A stretch of DNA of 64,000 nt from Chiloscyllium plagiosum (GCF_004010195.1 NC_057725.1:32949947-33013946), one strand, 5' to 3'; positions 1-12,769 are shown, counted from the first letter of the stretch. The notes: a model not told the origin generated them from the letters alone. A program made the numbers and translations.

Positions 1-30
1 AATCAGTTCTTGAATTTGAGAAGGCAGATA

Positions 31-150
31 CTTACTTAGATTAGATGACTTACTGTGTGGAAACAGGCCCTTCAGCCCAACTAGTCCACACCGACCCTTC
101 GAAGCGCAAGCCACCCAGACCCATTCTCCTACATTTACCCCTTCATCTTA
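31..150 (-). mobile_element. HE1/V-SINE-like SINE, 3' part only (rest removed by a deletion in this unit)
   Basis: Matches the tail of the complete copy at 9435-9751 at the same position in the unit, then jumps to catggtcatggg. Confidence 0.85.
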
Positions 151-1136
151 CATGGTCATGGGTTATGTTAAAATTTGTACATATTTCCCTTTGAGTCCAT
201 GCATATTGAATGTTACTGATTTCTAAGCCAAGGGCTTTAATCTAATATAGCTGACCATAGTTCTGGGAAATCTCTGTACTTTGGAAATCATATCAAATGA
301 TAAAAGGTTATTGAAATGTGTACAAACACTTGAACACTGCATGCGCGAATACCTGTCAGTGTTTGACAGCTTTATGTTACTTATGCAGGTATTAGCACAG
401 TGTTCAGTGAGTGACTCAGGAGTTAATCAGGCAGATTTGGACTGAGTATTAGGAGTTAGATGATGGCAATGTTGTGAAAGGTTGGGACAAAATGGTTTCT
501 CCAAATGAAAATATTCACATCAACTACATGAGTGAGATTGTTAAAGATTTTGCTGAATATCATTCGTGGGCTTGGAACGACATTGCCACAATCATCTGCT
601 CTGCTTCCATTGGCCTCTAAACACCTGTGTGGATACCACATGCTCCATTATCAGGACAACACATCCTTTCTTTTTACTTTCCCCACCCACATCTCAAACC
701 CAATGCCTAGTGAAAAACCTAGTGCATGTTACCTCAGACATGTTAACCACTGATGAAAGTGTCAGGGGACATGTTTGTTTTACAAGTGATTGCACTAATT
801 TGTGAAGAGACAATGTAAGGCCACTAACGGAACTGGAGATTCTCAAAAAGTAATTTTTGCCCCTTGAAACATAAGGACCAGCATATGTATGCAGCCAAGG
901 AATATCATGCAAGCTATTGAGAGCACACTGAATTCAAATGATGTGGCAGGTGGGAAGGATGTACAGTACACCACATTTGCAAAGGCAAACTTTAAAAATG
1001 TATTGTCATCTCAATACCAATTTCTCAGGTCTTGAAGAAATTCCACTGTCAGAGTTTTGCATTACGCAGGTCTTTCAGCCAGGTGATTACTTTTGAATTT
1101 ACATTTTAATCGCATTATTACATTGTCACAACTCAC

Positions 1137-1217
1137 CTTTCTCTTTCGAGTCACCCTCTGCACTTGGTTGTCCATTCCCAACAGAGGCTTCGGGTTGTTC
1201 AGAGACATTCTGTGATC
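1137..1217 (-). CDS. Repeat micro-exon, 81 nt, phase 1/1: (G)SQNVSEQPEASVGNGQPSAEGDSKEK
   Basis: gatgcAG acceptor, GTGAGT donor, open frame. Confidence 0.75.
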
Positions 1218-3055
1218 CTGCATCATCATCATCAAATTATAAAGCAGACAGTGTAAACCCAGCAGTGTTTGTGAGTATGCACTGCATTAACAATGCTTTT
1301 CCGTGACCATGAATTTCAAACTAAACTTATTTGAGTTCAGTGCAACATTCTTGATGAATAAATAATGCTACTTTTCAGCTTAGTTCTGCATTAATTTCTC
1401 TCAATTATTGCAGAGCTGCTGTGCCCGGTGTGTATCATGTCCTCATCTGCTGTTCATTCTCTACATTTAACTGAGTCAGCTATTATATGAAGAATTCTAT
1501 AAGTTGGTGATTGAAATGGTCCTTGCATGCACTCGTGAAATGTCTGGAAGTCGGTTAAATCAGTGAATAAATCATTTCATTTGGTGTAAGGATAGATCCG
1601 TGGAGATCACAGGAGAAAATGCAATCAGTTCTTAAATTTGAGAAGGCAGATGATTACCTAGCCCATATGTTGACAACTATGAAACTATGTCTTTGCAAAA
1701 ATGATATTCTGGCATTTCCAAGATGGAATTTGCTCACGATTTGGCATGTGGGGCGAGTACACAAAAATCTGGCGTATAGAAGTTGTGCTGAATAATGTAT
1801 GCTGGATTTGCAACAATAGTGCAAAGGACGAAAAGTGGAGATGCTTTCTGAAGGCTGTTTCAGTTTGAATATTTTGCAGAACAAGGAGAAACTCCACCAG
1901 GTACAACATGGTAAGTAAACCTGCTTTGGTGCAATGTCGAACCAGTATTGCTGATGGCTGTATCTGTCATTTCACAAGGAGACCAACGTGTCCCTGTTTC
2001 GCCTGCAGGCATCTTAGCGGGCCAAGGTTCCCCTAAGTGCTGATGCTGTCGCAGACACAAAGACGGCTTTTGCCATCAGGAATATGGTCTTGGGTTATAT
2101 GAAAATTGTGCATATTTCCCTTTGAGTCCATTCATGTTGAATGGCACTGCTTTCTCGACCATGGGCTTTCATCTAATATAGCTGACCATGGAAATCTCTG
2201 TACTTTGGAAATCATATCAAATGATAAAAGATCATTGAAATGTGTAGGAACACTTGATCACTGCATGCTCGAATACCTATCTGTGTTTGAGGGCTTTACG
2301 TTGTTTGTGCAGGATTTCGCACACTGTTCAGTGAGTGATTCAGGAGTTAATCAGGCAGATTTGGACGGATTATTGTGAGTTGGATGATGGCAATGTCGTG
2401 AATGGTTGGGACAAAACGGTTTCTCCAAATGAAAATATTCACATCAACAACATGAGTGAGATTGTTAAAGATTTTGCTGAATATCATTCGTGGTCTAATG
2501 ACGACATTGCAACATGCACCTGCTCTGCTTCCATAGGTCTCTAAACACCTAAGTGGATTCCACATGATCCGTTATCAGGACAACACATCCCTCCTTTTTA
2601 CTTTCCCCACCCGCATCTCAAACCCAATGCCTAGTGAAAAACCTAGTGCATGTTACCTCAGACATGTTAACCATTGATGAAAGTGTCAGGGGACATGTTT
2701 GTTTTACAAGTGATTGCACTAATTTGTGAAGACACAATGTAAGGCAACTAACGGAATTGGAGATTGTCAAAAAGTAAGTTTTGCCCCTTGAAACAAAAAG
2801 ACCAGCTGATGCATGCAGCCAAGGAATAACATGCATGACGTTGAGAGCACACTGAATTAAAATGTTGTGGCAGGTGGGAAGGATGTACAGTACACCACAA
2901 AGGCAAACTTTAAACATGTATTGTCATCTCAATACCAATTTCTCAGGTCTTGAAGAAATTCTACTGTCTGAGTTTTGCATTAGGTCAGGTCTTTCAGCCA
3001 GATGATTACTTTTGAATTTACGTTTTAAACGCATTTTTAAATTTTCACAACTCAC

Positions 3056-3136
3056 CTTTCTCTTTCGAGTCATCCTCTGCACTTGGTTGTCCATTCCCAA
3101 CAGAGGCTTCGGGTTGTTCAGAGACATTTTGTGATC
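3056..3136 (-). CDS. Repeat micro-exon, 81 nt: (G)SQNVSEQPEASVGNGQPSAEDDSKEK
   Basis: AG/GTGAGT boundaries, open frame (inside ORF 3045..3242). Confidence 0.75.
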
Positions 3137-3586
3137 CTGCATCATCATCATCAAAATATAAAGCAGACAGTGTAAACCCAGCAGTGTTTGTGAGTATGAA
3201 CTGCATTAACAATGCTTTTCCGTGACCATGAATTTCAAACAAACCTTATTTGAGTTCAGTGCAACTGTCTTGATGAACAAATAATGCTACTTTTCAGATT
3301 AGTTCTGCATTAATTTCTCTCAATTATTCCAGAGCTGCTGTGCCTGGTGTGTATCATGTCCTCATCTGCAGTTCATTCCCTCCAATTACCTGAGTCAGCT
3401 ATTATATGAAGAATTCTATAAATTGGTGATTGAAATGGCCCTTGCATGCACTCATGAAATGTCTGGAAGTGGTTAAATCAGTGAATAAATCATTTCATTT
3501 GGTGTAAGGATAGATCCATGGAGTTCACAGGGGAAAATGCAATCATTTCTTGAATTTGAGAAGGCAGGTGATTACCTCCTCCACAT

Positions 3587-3624
3587 GATTCCTGAAGAAG
3601 GGCCTGTGCCCGAAACGTCGAATC
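3587..3624 (+). ncRNA. Minimal type-I hammerhead ribozyme motif in a Penelope-like element end (element 3585-3665, runs into gap)
   Basis: GATTC-CTGAAGA-A-GGGC-CTGT-GCCC-GAAAC-GTC-GAATC: 5-bp stem I, CUGANGA core, 4-bp stem II, GAAA, palindromic ACGU and GUC site. Confidence 0.7.
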
Positions 3625-3665
3625 TCCTGTGCCCTGGATGCTGCCTGACCTGCTGTGCTGTTCCA

Positions 3666-3748
3666 NNNNNNNNNNNNNNNNNNNNNNNNNNNNNNNNNNN
3701 NNNNNNNNNNNNNNNNNNNNNNNNNNNNNNNNNNNNNNNNNNNNNNNN
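3666..3748. other. Assembly gap
   Basis: Run of N. Confidence 1.
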
Positions 3749-5207
3749 TGGAGTTCACAGGAGAAAATGCAATCAGTTCTTAAATTTGAGAAGGCAGATG
3801 ATTACCTAGCCCATATGTTGACAACTATGAAACAATGTCTTTGCAAAAATGATATTCTGGCATTTCCAAGATGGAATTTGCTCAAGATTTGGCATGTGGG
3901 GCGAGTACACAAAAATCTGGCATATAGAAGTTGTGCTGAATAATGTATGCTGGATTTGTAACAATAGTGCAAAGGACGAAAAGTGGAGATGCTTTCTGAA
4001 GGCTGTTTCAGTTTGAATATTTTGCAGAACAAGGAGGAACTCCACCAGGTACATCGTGGTAAGTAAACCTGCTTTGGTGCAATGTAGAACCCAGTGTTGC
4101 TGATGGATGTAATTGTCATTTCACAAGGAGACCAACGTGTCCCTGTTTCGCCTGCCGGCATCTTAGCGGGCCAAAGTTCCCCTAAGTGCTGATGCTGTCG
4201 CAGACACAAAGACGGCTTTTGCCATCAGGAATATGGTCTTGGGGTTATATGAAAATTGTACATATTTCCCTTTGAGTCCATTCATGTTGAATGGCACTGC
4301 TTTCTCGACCAAGGGCTTTCATCTAATATAGCTGACCATGAAAATCTCTGTACTTTGGAAATCATATCAAATGATAAAAGATCATTGAAATGTGTAGGAA
4401 CACTTGAACACTGCATGCTCGAATACCTGTCTGTGTTTGAGGGCTTTGTGTTGTTTGTGCAGGATTTCGCACAGTGTTCAGTGAGTGATTCGGGGGTTCA
4501 TCAGGCAGATTTGCTCTGATTATTGGTAGTTGGATGATGGCAATGTCGTGAATGGTTGGGACAAAATGGTTTCTCCAAATGAAAATATTAACATCAACAA
4601 CATGAGTGAGATTGTTAAAGATTTTCCTGAATATCATTCGTGGTCTAATGATGACATTGCAACATTCACCTGCTCTGCTTCCATAGGCCTCTAAACACCT
4701 GTGTGGATACCACATGCTCCGTTATCAGGACAACACATCCCTCCTTTTTACTTTCCCCACCCGCATCTCAAACCCAGTGCCTCGTGAAAAACCTAGTGCA
4801 TGTTACCTCAGACATGTTAACCATTGATGAAATTGTCAGGGGATATGTTTGTTTTACAAGTGATTGCACTAATTTGTGAAGATACAATGTAAGGCCACGA
4901 ACAGAACTGGAGATTGTCAAAAAGTAAGTTTTGCCCCTTGAAACATAAGGACCAGCTGATGCATGCAGCCAAGGAATAACATGCATGCCGTTGTGAGCAC
5001 ACTGAATTCAAGTGTTGTGACAGGTGGGAAGGATGTATAGTACACCACAAAGGCAAAGTTAAAACATCTATTGTCATCTCATAACCAATTTCTCAGGTCT
5101 TGAAGAAATTCCACTGTCAAGAGTTTTGCATTAGGTCAGGTTCTTTCAGCCAGATGATTACTTTTGAATTTACGTTTTAATCATGTTCTTAAATTGTCGC
5201 AACTCAC

Positions 5208-5273
5208 CTTTCTCTGCACTTGGTTGTCCATTCCCAACAGAGGCTTTGGATTGTTCAGAGACTTTCTGTGATC
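5208..5273 (-). CDS. Repeat micro-exon, 66 nt (in-frame 15-nt deletion): (G)SQKVSEQSKASVGNGQPSAEK
   Basis: AG/GTGAGT boundaries retained; length is a multiple of 3. Confidence 0.72.
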
Positions 5274-5735
5274 CTGCATCATCATCATCAAGATATAAAG
5301 CAGACAGTGTAAACCCAGCCGTGTTTGTGAGTATGAACTGCATTAACCATGCTTTTCCATGATCATGAATTTCGCACAAAATTTATTTGAGTTCAGTGCA
5401 GCTGTCTTGATGAACAAATAATGCTACTTTTCAGATTAGTTCTCAATTATTGCAGAGCTGCTGTGCACGGTGTGTATCACGTACTCGTCTGCTCTTCATT
5501 CCCTTCATTTACCTGAGTCAACTATTGTATGATGGATTCTATAAGTTGGTGATTGAAATAGTCCTGGCATGCACTGGTGAAATGTTTGGAAGTGGTTAAA
5601 TCAGTGAATAAATCACTTTGTTTGGTGTAAGGATAGATCCGTGGAGTTCACAGGAGAAAATGCAATCAGTTCTTGAATTGGAGAAGGCAGATGCTTACTT
5701 AGATTAGATGACTTACAGTGTGGAAACAGGCCCTT

Positions 5736-6261
5736 NNNNNNNNNNNNNNNNNNNNNNNNNNNNNNNNNNNNNNNNNNNNNNNNNNNNNNNNNNNNNNNNN
5801 NNNNNNNNNNNNNNNNNNNNNNNNNNNNNNNNNNNNNNNNNNNNNNNNNNNNNNNNNNNNNNNNNNNNNNNNNNNNNNNNNNNNNNNNNNNNNNNNNNNN
5901 NNNNNNNNNNNNNNNNNNNNNNNNNNNNNNNNNNNNNNNNNNNNNNNNNNNNNNNNNNNNNNNNNNNNNNNNNNNNNNNNNNNNNNNNNNNNNNNNNNNN
6001 NNNNNNNNNNNNNNNNNNNNNNNNNNNNNNNNNNNNNNNNNNNNNNNNNNNNNNNNNNNNNNNNNNNNNNNNNNNNNNNNNNNNNNNNNNNNNNNNNNNN
6101 NNNNNNNNNNNNNNNNNNNNNNNNNNNNNNNNNNNNNNNNNNNNNNNNNNNNNNNNNNNNNNNNNNNNNNNNNNNNNNNNNNNNNNNNNNNNNNNNNNNN
6201 NNNNNNNNNNNNNNNNNNNNNNNNNNNNNNNNNNNNNNNNNNNNNNNNNNNNNNNNNNNNN
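5736..6261. other. Assembly gap (begins inside a SINE tail at 5695-5735)
   Basis: Run of N. Confidence 1.
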
Positions 6262-7360
6262 GTCATTTCACAAGGAGACCAACCTGTCCCTATTTCGCTT
6301 CCAGGCAGCTTAGCGGGCTAAGGTTCCCCTGAGTGCTGATGCTGTCGCAGACACAAAGATGGGTTTTGCCATCAGGAACATGGCCATGGGTTACTTTAAA
6401 ATTTGTACATATTTCCCTTTGAGTCCACGCATATTGAATGTTACTGATTTCTAGACCAAGGGCTTTCATCTAATATACCTAACCATAGTTCTGGGAAATC
6501 TCTGTACTTTCGAAATCATATCAAATGATAAAAGATCATTGAAATGTGTAGGAACACTTGAATACTGCATGCTCGAATACCTGTCAGTATTTGAGGGCTT
6601 TATGTTGTTTGTGCAGGATTTCGCACAGTGTTCAGTGAGTGATTCAGGAGCTAATCAGGCAGATTTGGTCTGATTATTGGGAGTTGGATGATGGCAATGT
6701 CGTGAATGGTTGGGACAAAATGGTTTCACCAAATGAAGATAGTCACATCAACAACATGAGTGAGATTGTTAAAGGTTTTCCTGAATATCAGTCGTGGTCT
6801 AGTGACGACCTTGCAGCATTCACCTGCTCTGCTTCCATAGGCCTCTAAACACCTGCGTGGATACCACATGCTCCGTTATCAGGACAACACATCCCTCCTT
6901 TTTACTTTCCCCACCCGCATCTCAAACCCAATGCCTAGTGAAAAACCTAGTGCATGTTACCTCAGACATGTTAACCATTGATGAAAGTGCCAGGGGACAT
7001 GTCTGTTTTACAAGTGATTGCACTAATTTGTGAAGAGACAATGTAAGGCCACTAACGGAACTGGAGATTCTCAAAAAGTAAGTTTTGACTCCTTGAAACA
7101 TAAGGACCAGCTGATGCATGCAGCCAAGGAATATCATGCATGCTGTTGAGGGCACACTGAATTCAAATGTTGTGGCAGGTGGGAAGGATGTATAGTACAC
7201 CACAAAGGCAAAGTTTAAACATGTATTGTCATCACAATACCAATTTCTCAGGTCTTGAAGAAATTCCACTGTCAGAGTTTTGCATTAGGTCAGGTCTTTC
7301 AGCCAGATGATTACTTTTGAATTTACATTTTAATCGCATTTTTAAATTGTCGCAACTCAC

Positions 7361-7441
7361 CTTTCTCTTTCGAGTCATCCTCTGCACTTTGTTGTCCATT
7401 CCCAACAGACGCTTCAGGTTGTTCAGAGACATTCTGTGATC
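7361..7441 (-). CDS. Repeat micro-exon, 81 nt: (G)SQNVSEQPEASVGNGQQSAEDDSKEK
   Basis: AG/GTGAGT boundaries, open frame. Confidence 0.75.
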
Positions 7442-7912
7442 CTGCATCATCATCATCAAAATATAAAGTAGACAGTGTGAACCCAGCAGTGTTTGTGAGT
7501 ATGAACTGCATTAACAATGCTTTTCCGTGACCATGAATTTCAAACTAAACTTATTTGAGTTCAGTGCAGCTGTCTTGATGAACAAATAATGCTACTTTTG
7601 AGATTAGTTCTGCATTAATTTCTCTCAATTATTGCAGAGCTGCTTTGCACGGTGTGTATCACATCCTCGTCTGCTGTTCATTCCCTCCATTTACCTGAGT
7701 CAACTATAGTATGAAGAATTCTATAAGTTGGTGATTGAAGTGGTCCTGGCATGCACTTGTGAAATGTCTGGAAGTGGTTAAATCAGTGAATAAATCATTT
7801 CATTTGGTGAAAGGAAAGATCTGTGGAGTCCACAAGTGAAAATGCAATCAGTCCTTGAATTTGAGAAGGCAGATACTTACTTAGATTAGATGACTTACTG
7901 TGTGGAAACAGG

Positions 7913-8412
7913 NNNNNNNNNNNNNNNNNNNNNNNNNNNNNNNNNNNNNNNNNNNNNNNNNNNNNNNNNNNNNNNNNNNNNNNNNNNNNNNNNNNNNNNN
8001 NNNNNNNNNNNNNNNNNNNNNNNNNNNNNNNNNNNNNNNNNNNNNNNNNNNNNNNNNNNNNNNNNNNNNNNNNNNNNNNNNNNNNNNNNNNNNNNNNNNN
8101 NNNNNNNNNNNNNNNNNNNNNNNNNNNNNNNNNNNNNNNNNNNNNNNNNNNNNNNNNNNNNNNNNNNNNNNNNNNNNNNNNNNNNNNNNNNNNNNNNNNN
8201 NNNNNNNNNNNNNNNNNNNNNNNNNNNNNNNNNNNNNNNNNNNNNNNNNNNNNNNNNNNNNNNNNNNNNNNNNNNNNNNNNNNNNNNNNNNNNNNNNNNN
8301 NNNNNNNNNNNNNNNNNNNNNNNNNNNNNNNNNNNNNNNNNNNNNNNNNNNNNNNNNNNNNNNNNNNNNNNNNNNNNNNNNNNNNNNNNNNNNNNNNNNN
8401 NNNNNNNNNNNN
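7913..8412. other. Assembly gap (begins inside a SINE tail at 7876-7912)
   Basis: Run of 500 N. Confidence 1.
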
Positions 8413-8932
8413 GCTTCTAAACACCTGTGTGGATATCACATGCTCCGTTATCAAGACAACACATCCCTCCTTTTTACTTTCCCCACCCGCGTCTCATACC
8501 CAATGCCTAGTGAAAAACCTAGTGCATGTTACCTCGGGAATGTTAACCATTGATGAAAGTGTCAGGGGACATGTTTGTTTTACAAGTGGTTGCACTAATT
8601 TGTGAAGACACAATGTAAGGCCACTAACGGAACTGGAGATTGTCAAAAAGTAAGTTTTGCCCCTTGAAACATAAGGACCAGCTGATGCATGCAGCCAAGG
8701 AATATCATGCATGCTGTTGTGGGCACACTGAATTCAAATGTTGTGACAGGTGGGAAGGATGTATAGTACACCACAAAGGCAAAGTTTAAACATGTATTGT
8801 CATCTCAATACCAATTTCTCAGGTCTTGAAGAAATTCCACTGTCAGAGTTTTGCATTAGGTCAGGTTCTTTCAGCCAGCTGATTACTTTTGAATTTACGT
8901 TTTAATCACGTTTTTAAAATGTCACAACTCAC

Positions 8933-9013
8933 CTTTCTCTTCCAAGGCCTCCTCTGCACTTGGTTGTCCATTCCCAACAGAGGCTTTCGATTGTTCAGAG
9001 ACTTTCTCTGATC
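8933..9013 (-). CDS. Repeat micro-exon, 81 nt: (G)SEKVSEQSKASVGNGQPSAEEALEEK
   Basis: AG/GTGAGT boundaries, open frame. Confidence 0.75.
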
Positions 9014-9434
9014 CTGCATCATTATCATCAAAATATAAAGCTGACAGTGTAAACCCAGCAGTGTTTGCGAGTATGAACTGCATTAACCATGCTTTTCCAT
9101 GATCATGAATTTCGCACAAAATTTATTTGAGTTCAGTGCAGCTGTCTTGATGAACAAATAATGCTACTTTTCAGATTAGTTCTCAATTATTGCAGAGCTG
9201 CTGTGCACTGTGTGTATCACGTACCCGTCTGCTCTTCATTCCCTTCATTTACCTGAGTCAACTATTGTATGATGGATTCCAAAAGTTGGTGATTGAAATG
9301 GTCCTGGCATGCACTGGTGAAATGTTTGGAAGTGGTTAAATCAGTGAATAAATCACGTTGTTTGGTGTAAGGATAGATCCGTGGAGTTCACAGGAGAAAA
9401 TGCAATCAGTTCTTGAATTGGAGAAGGCAGGTGC

Positions 9435-9751
9435 TTACTTAGATTAGATGACTTACAGTGTGGAAACAGGCCCTTAGCCCAACAAGTCCACACTGACCCT
9501 CCGAAGCACAACCCACCCAGACTCATTCTCCTACATTTACCCTTTCATCTAATACTACGGGCAATTTAGCATGACCAATTAATCCAACCTGCACATTTTT
9601 GGACTGTGGGAGGAAACCGCAGCACCCGGAGGAAACCCACACAGACCCAGGGAGAATGTGCAAACTCCATACAGTCAGTCACCTGAGGTAGGAATTGAAC
9701 CCGGGTCTCTGGCGCTGTAAGGCAGCACTGCTAACCACTGTGCCACCGTGC
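9435..9751 (-). mobile_element. Complete tRNA-derived HE1/V-SINE-like SINE
   Basis: Minus strand head GCACGGTGGCACAGTGGTTAGCA (A box) ... GGTTCAATTCC (B box), central GGTTTCCTCCGGGTGCTGCGGTTTCCTCCCACAGTCCAAA domain, CR1-like tail ending in TCTAA repeats. Confidence 0.9.
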
Positions 9752-11145
9752 ACTGTGAAGCTATGTCTTTTCCCAAATGATATTCTGGCATTTCCAAGAT
9801 GGAATTTGCTCAAGACCTGGCATGTGGGGTGAGTACACAAAAATCTGGCATATAGAAGTTGTGCTGAATAATGCACGCTGGATTTGCAACAATAGTGCAA
9901 AGGACGAAAAGTGGTGATACTTTCTGAAGGCTGTTTCGGTTTAAATATTTTGCAGAACAAGGAGGAACTCCACCAGGTACAACGTGGTAAGTGAACCTGC
10001 TTTGGTGCAATGTAGAACCCAGTATTGCTGATGGCTGTACCTGTCATTTCACAAGGAGACCAACCTGTCCCTATTTCGCTTCCAGGCAGCTTAGCGGGCT
10101 AAGGTTCCCTTGAGTGCTGATGCTGTCGCAGACACAAAGATGGATTTTGCCATCAGGAACATGGCCATGGGTTACTTTAAAATTTGTACATATTTCCCTT
10201 TGAGTCCATGCATATTGAATGTTATTGATTTCTAGACCAAGGGCTTTCATCTAATATACCTAACCATAGTTCTGGGAAATCTCTGTACTTTGGAAATCAT
10301 ATCAAATGATAAAAGATCATTGAAATGTGTAGGAACACTTGAATAATGCATGCTCGAATGCCTGTCAGTATTTGAGGGCTTTATGTTGTTTGTGCAGGAT
10401 TTCGCACAGTGTTCAGTGAGTGATTCAGGGGTTAATCAGGCAGATTTGGACTGATTATTGGGAGTTGGATGATGGCAATGTCGTGAATGGTTGGGACAAA
10501 ATGGTTTCACCAAATGAAGATAGTCACATCAACAACATGATTGAGATTGTTAAAGATTTTCCTGAATATCATTCGTGGTCTAGTGACGACTTTGCAACAT
10601 TCACCTGCTCTGCTTCCATAGGCTTCTAAACACCTGTGTGGATATCACATGCTCTGTTATCAGGACAACACATCCCTCCTTTTTACTTTCCCCACCCGCG
10701 TCTCAAACCCAATGACTAGTGAAAAACCTAGTGCATGTTACCTCAGACATGTTAACCATTGATGAAAGTGTCAGGGGACATGTTTGTTTTACAAGTGATT
10801 GCACTAATTTGTGAAGAGACAATATAAGGCCACTAACGGAACTGGGGATTCTCAAACAGTCAGTTTTGCCCCTTGAAACATAAGGACCAGCTGATGCATG
10901 CAGCCAAGGAATAACATGCATGCCATTGAGGGCACACTGATTTCAAATGCTGTTCCAAGTGGTAAGGATATACAGTACACCACATTTGCAAAGGCAAAGT
11001 TTAAACATGTATTGTCATCTCAATACCAATTTCTCAGGTCTTGAAGAAATTCCACTGTCAGAGTTTTGCATTACGTGAGTCTTTCACCCAGGTGATTACT
11101 TTTGAAGTTACGTTTTAAACGCATTTTTAAATTGTCACAACTCAC

Positions 11146-11226
11146 CTTTCTCTTTCGAGTCATCCTCTGCACTTGGTTGTCCATTCCCAACAGAGGCTTC
11201 GGGTTGTTCAGAGACATTCTTTGATT
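11146..11226 (-). CDS. Repeat micro-exon, 81 nt: (E)SKNVSEQPEASVGNGQPSAEDDSKEK
   Basis: AG/GTGAGT boundaries, open frame. Confidence 0.75.
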
Positions 11227-11837
11227 CTGCATCATCATCATCAAAATATAAAGCAGACAGTGTAAACCCAGCAGTGTTTGTGAGTATGAACTGCATTAAC
11301 AATGCTTTTCCGTGACCATGAATTTCAAACTAAACTTATTTGAGTTCAGTGCAGCTGTCTTGATGAACAAATAATGCTACTTTTCAGATTAGTTCTGCAT
11401 TAATTTCTCTCAATTATTGCAGAGCTGCTGTGCACGGTGTGTATCATGTCCTCATCTGCTCTTTATTCCCTCCAATTACCTGAGTCAGCTATTGTATGAT
11501 GGATTCTATAAGTTGGTGATTGCAATCGTCCTGGCATGCACTTGTGAAATGTCTGGAAGTGGTTAAATCAGTGAATAAATCATTTCATTTGGCGTAAGGA
11601 TAGATCCGTGGAGTTCACAGGAGAAAATGCAATCAGTTCTTGAATTTGAGAAGGCAGAGGAAGGATGTATAGTACACCACAAAGGCAAAGTTTAAACATG
11701 TATTGTCATCTCAATACCAATTTCTCAGGTCTTGAAGAAATTCCACTGTCAGAGTTTTGCATTAGGTCAGGTCTTTCAGCCCAATGGTTACTTCTGAATT
11801 TACGTTTTATTCGCATTTTTAAATTGTCTCAACTCAC

Positions 11838-11918
11838 CTTTTTCTTTCGAGTCATCCTCTGCACTTGGTTGTCCATTCCCAACAGAGGCTTCGGGTTGTT
11901 CAGAGACATTCTGTGATC
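11838..11918 (-). CDS. Repeat micro-exon, 81 nt: (G)SQNVSEQPEASVGNGQPSAEDDSKEK
   Basis: AG/GTGAGT boundaries, open frame. Confidence 0.75.
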
Positions 11919-12446
11919 CTGCATCATCATCATCAAAATATAAAGCAGACAGTGTAAACCCAGCAGGGTTTGTGAGTATGAATTGCATTAACAATGGTTT
12001 TCCGTGACCATGAATTTCAAACTAAACTTATTTGAGTTCAGTGCCACTGTCTTGATGCACAAATAATGCTACCTTTCAGATTAGTTCTGCATGAATTTCT
12101 CTCAATTATTGCAGAGCTGCTGTGCCCGGTGTGTATCATGTCCTCATCTGCTGTTCATTCTCTCCTTTGCCTGAGTCAGCTATTGCATGAAGAATTCTAT
12201 AAGTTGGTGATTGAAATGGTCCTTGCATGCACTTGTGAAATGTCTGGAAGTGGTTAAATGAGTGAATAAATTTTTTCGTTTGGTGTAAGGATAGATCCGT
12301 GGAGTTCACAGGAGAAAATGCAATCAGTTCTTGAATTTGTGAAGGCAGGTGATTACCTACTCCACATGTTTACAACTATGAAACTATGTCTTTGCAAAAA
12401 TGGTATTCTGGCATTTCCAAGATGGAATGTGCTCAAGATCTGGCAT

Positions 12447-12769
12447 GTGGGGCGAGTACACAAAAATCTGGCATATAGAAGTTGTGCTGAATAATGTAAG
12501 CTGGAGACCAACGTGTCCCTATTTCGCCTCCAGTCGTCTTAGTGGGCTAAGATTCCCCTGAGTGCTGATGCTGTCGCAGACACAAAGGTGGCTTTTGCAT
12601 CAGGAACGTGGGGCGAGTACACAAAAATCTGGCATATAGAAGTTGTGCTGAATAATGTACGCTGGAGACCAACGTGTCCCTATTTCGCCTCCAGTCATCT
12701 TAGTGGGCTAAGATTCCCCTGAGTGCTGATGCTGTCGCAGACACAAAGGTGGCTTTTGCCATCAGGAAC
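12447..12769. repeat. ~161-bp direct tandem duplication inside one unit
   Basis: gtggggcgagtacac...catcaggaac occurs at 12447 and 12608. Confidence 0.9.

Noticed and set aside
3390-3462. Possible second exon per unit (ccacttccAG...gactcag/GTAA on minus strand, 73 nt)
   Set aside because: Not a multiple of 3, stop in the phase-1 frame, and acceptor or donor is lost in several units (e.g. 1471, 5586, 22322).
5613-8553. Long ORFs of 170-220 aa in the ORF track (also 47913-48545)
   Set aside because: Artifacts of translating through N runs.
9685-9751. tRNA gene
   Set aside because: A/B boxes belong to a SINE head; no complete cloverleaf.
456-10921. Recurring short ORFs such as LHKLVQSLVKQTCPLTLSS...RFFTRHWV and IRQIWTDY...CSASIGL
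   Set aside because: No conserved start or splice sites, broken in older units and removed entirely in the compressed unit at 11.6 kb.
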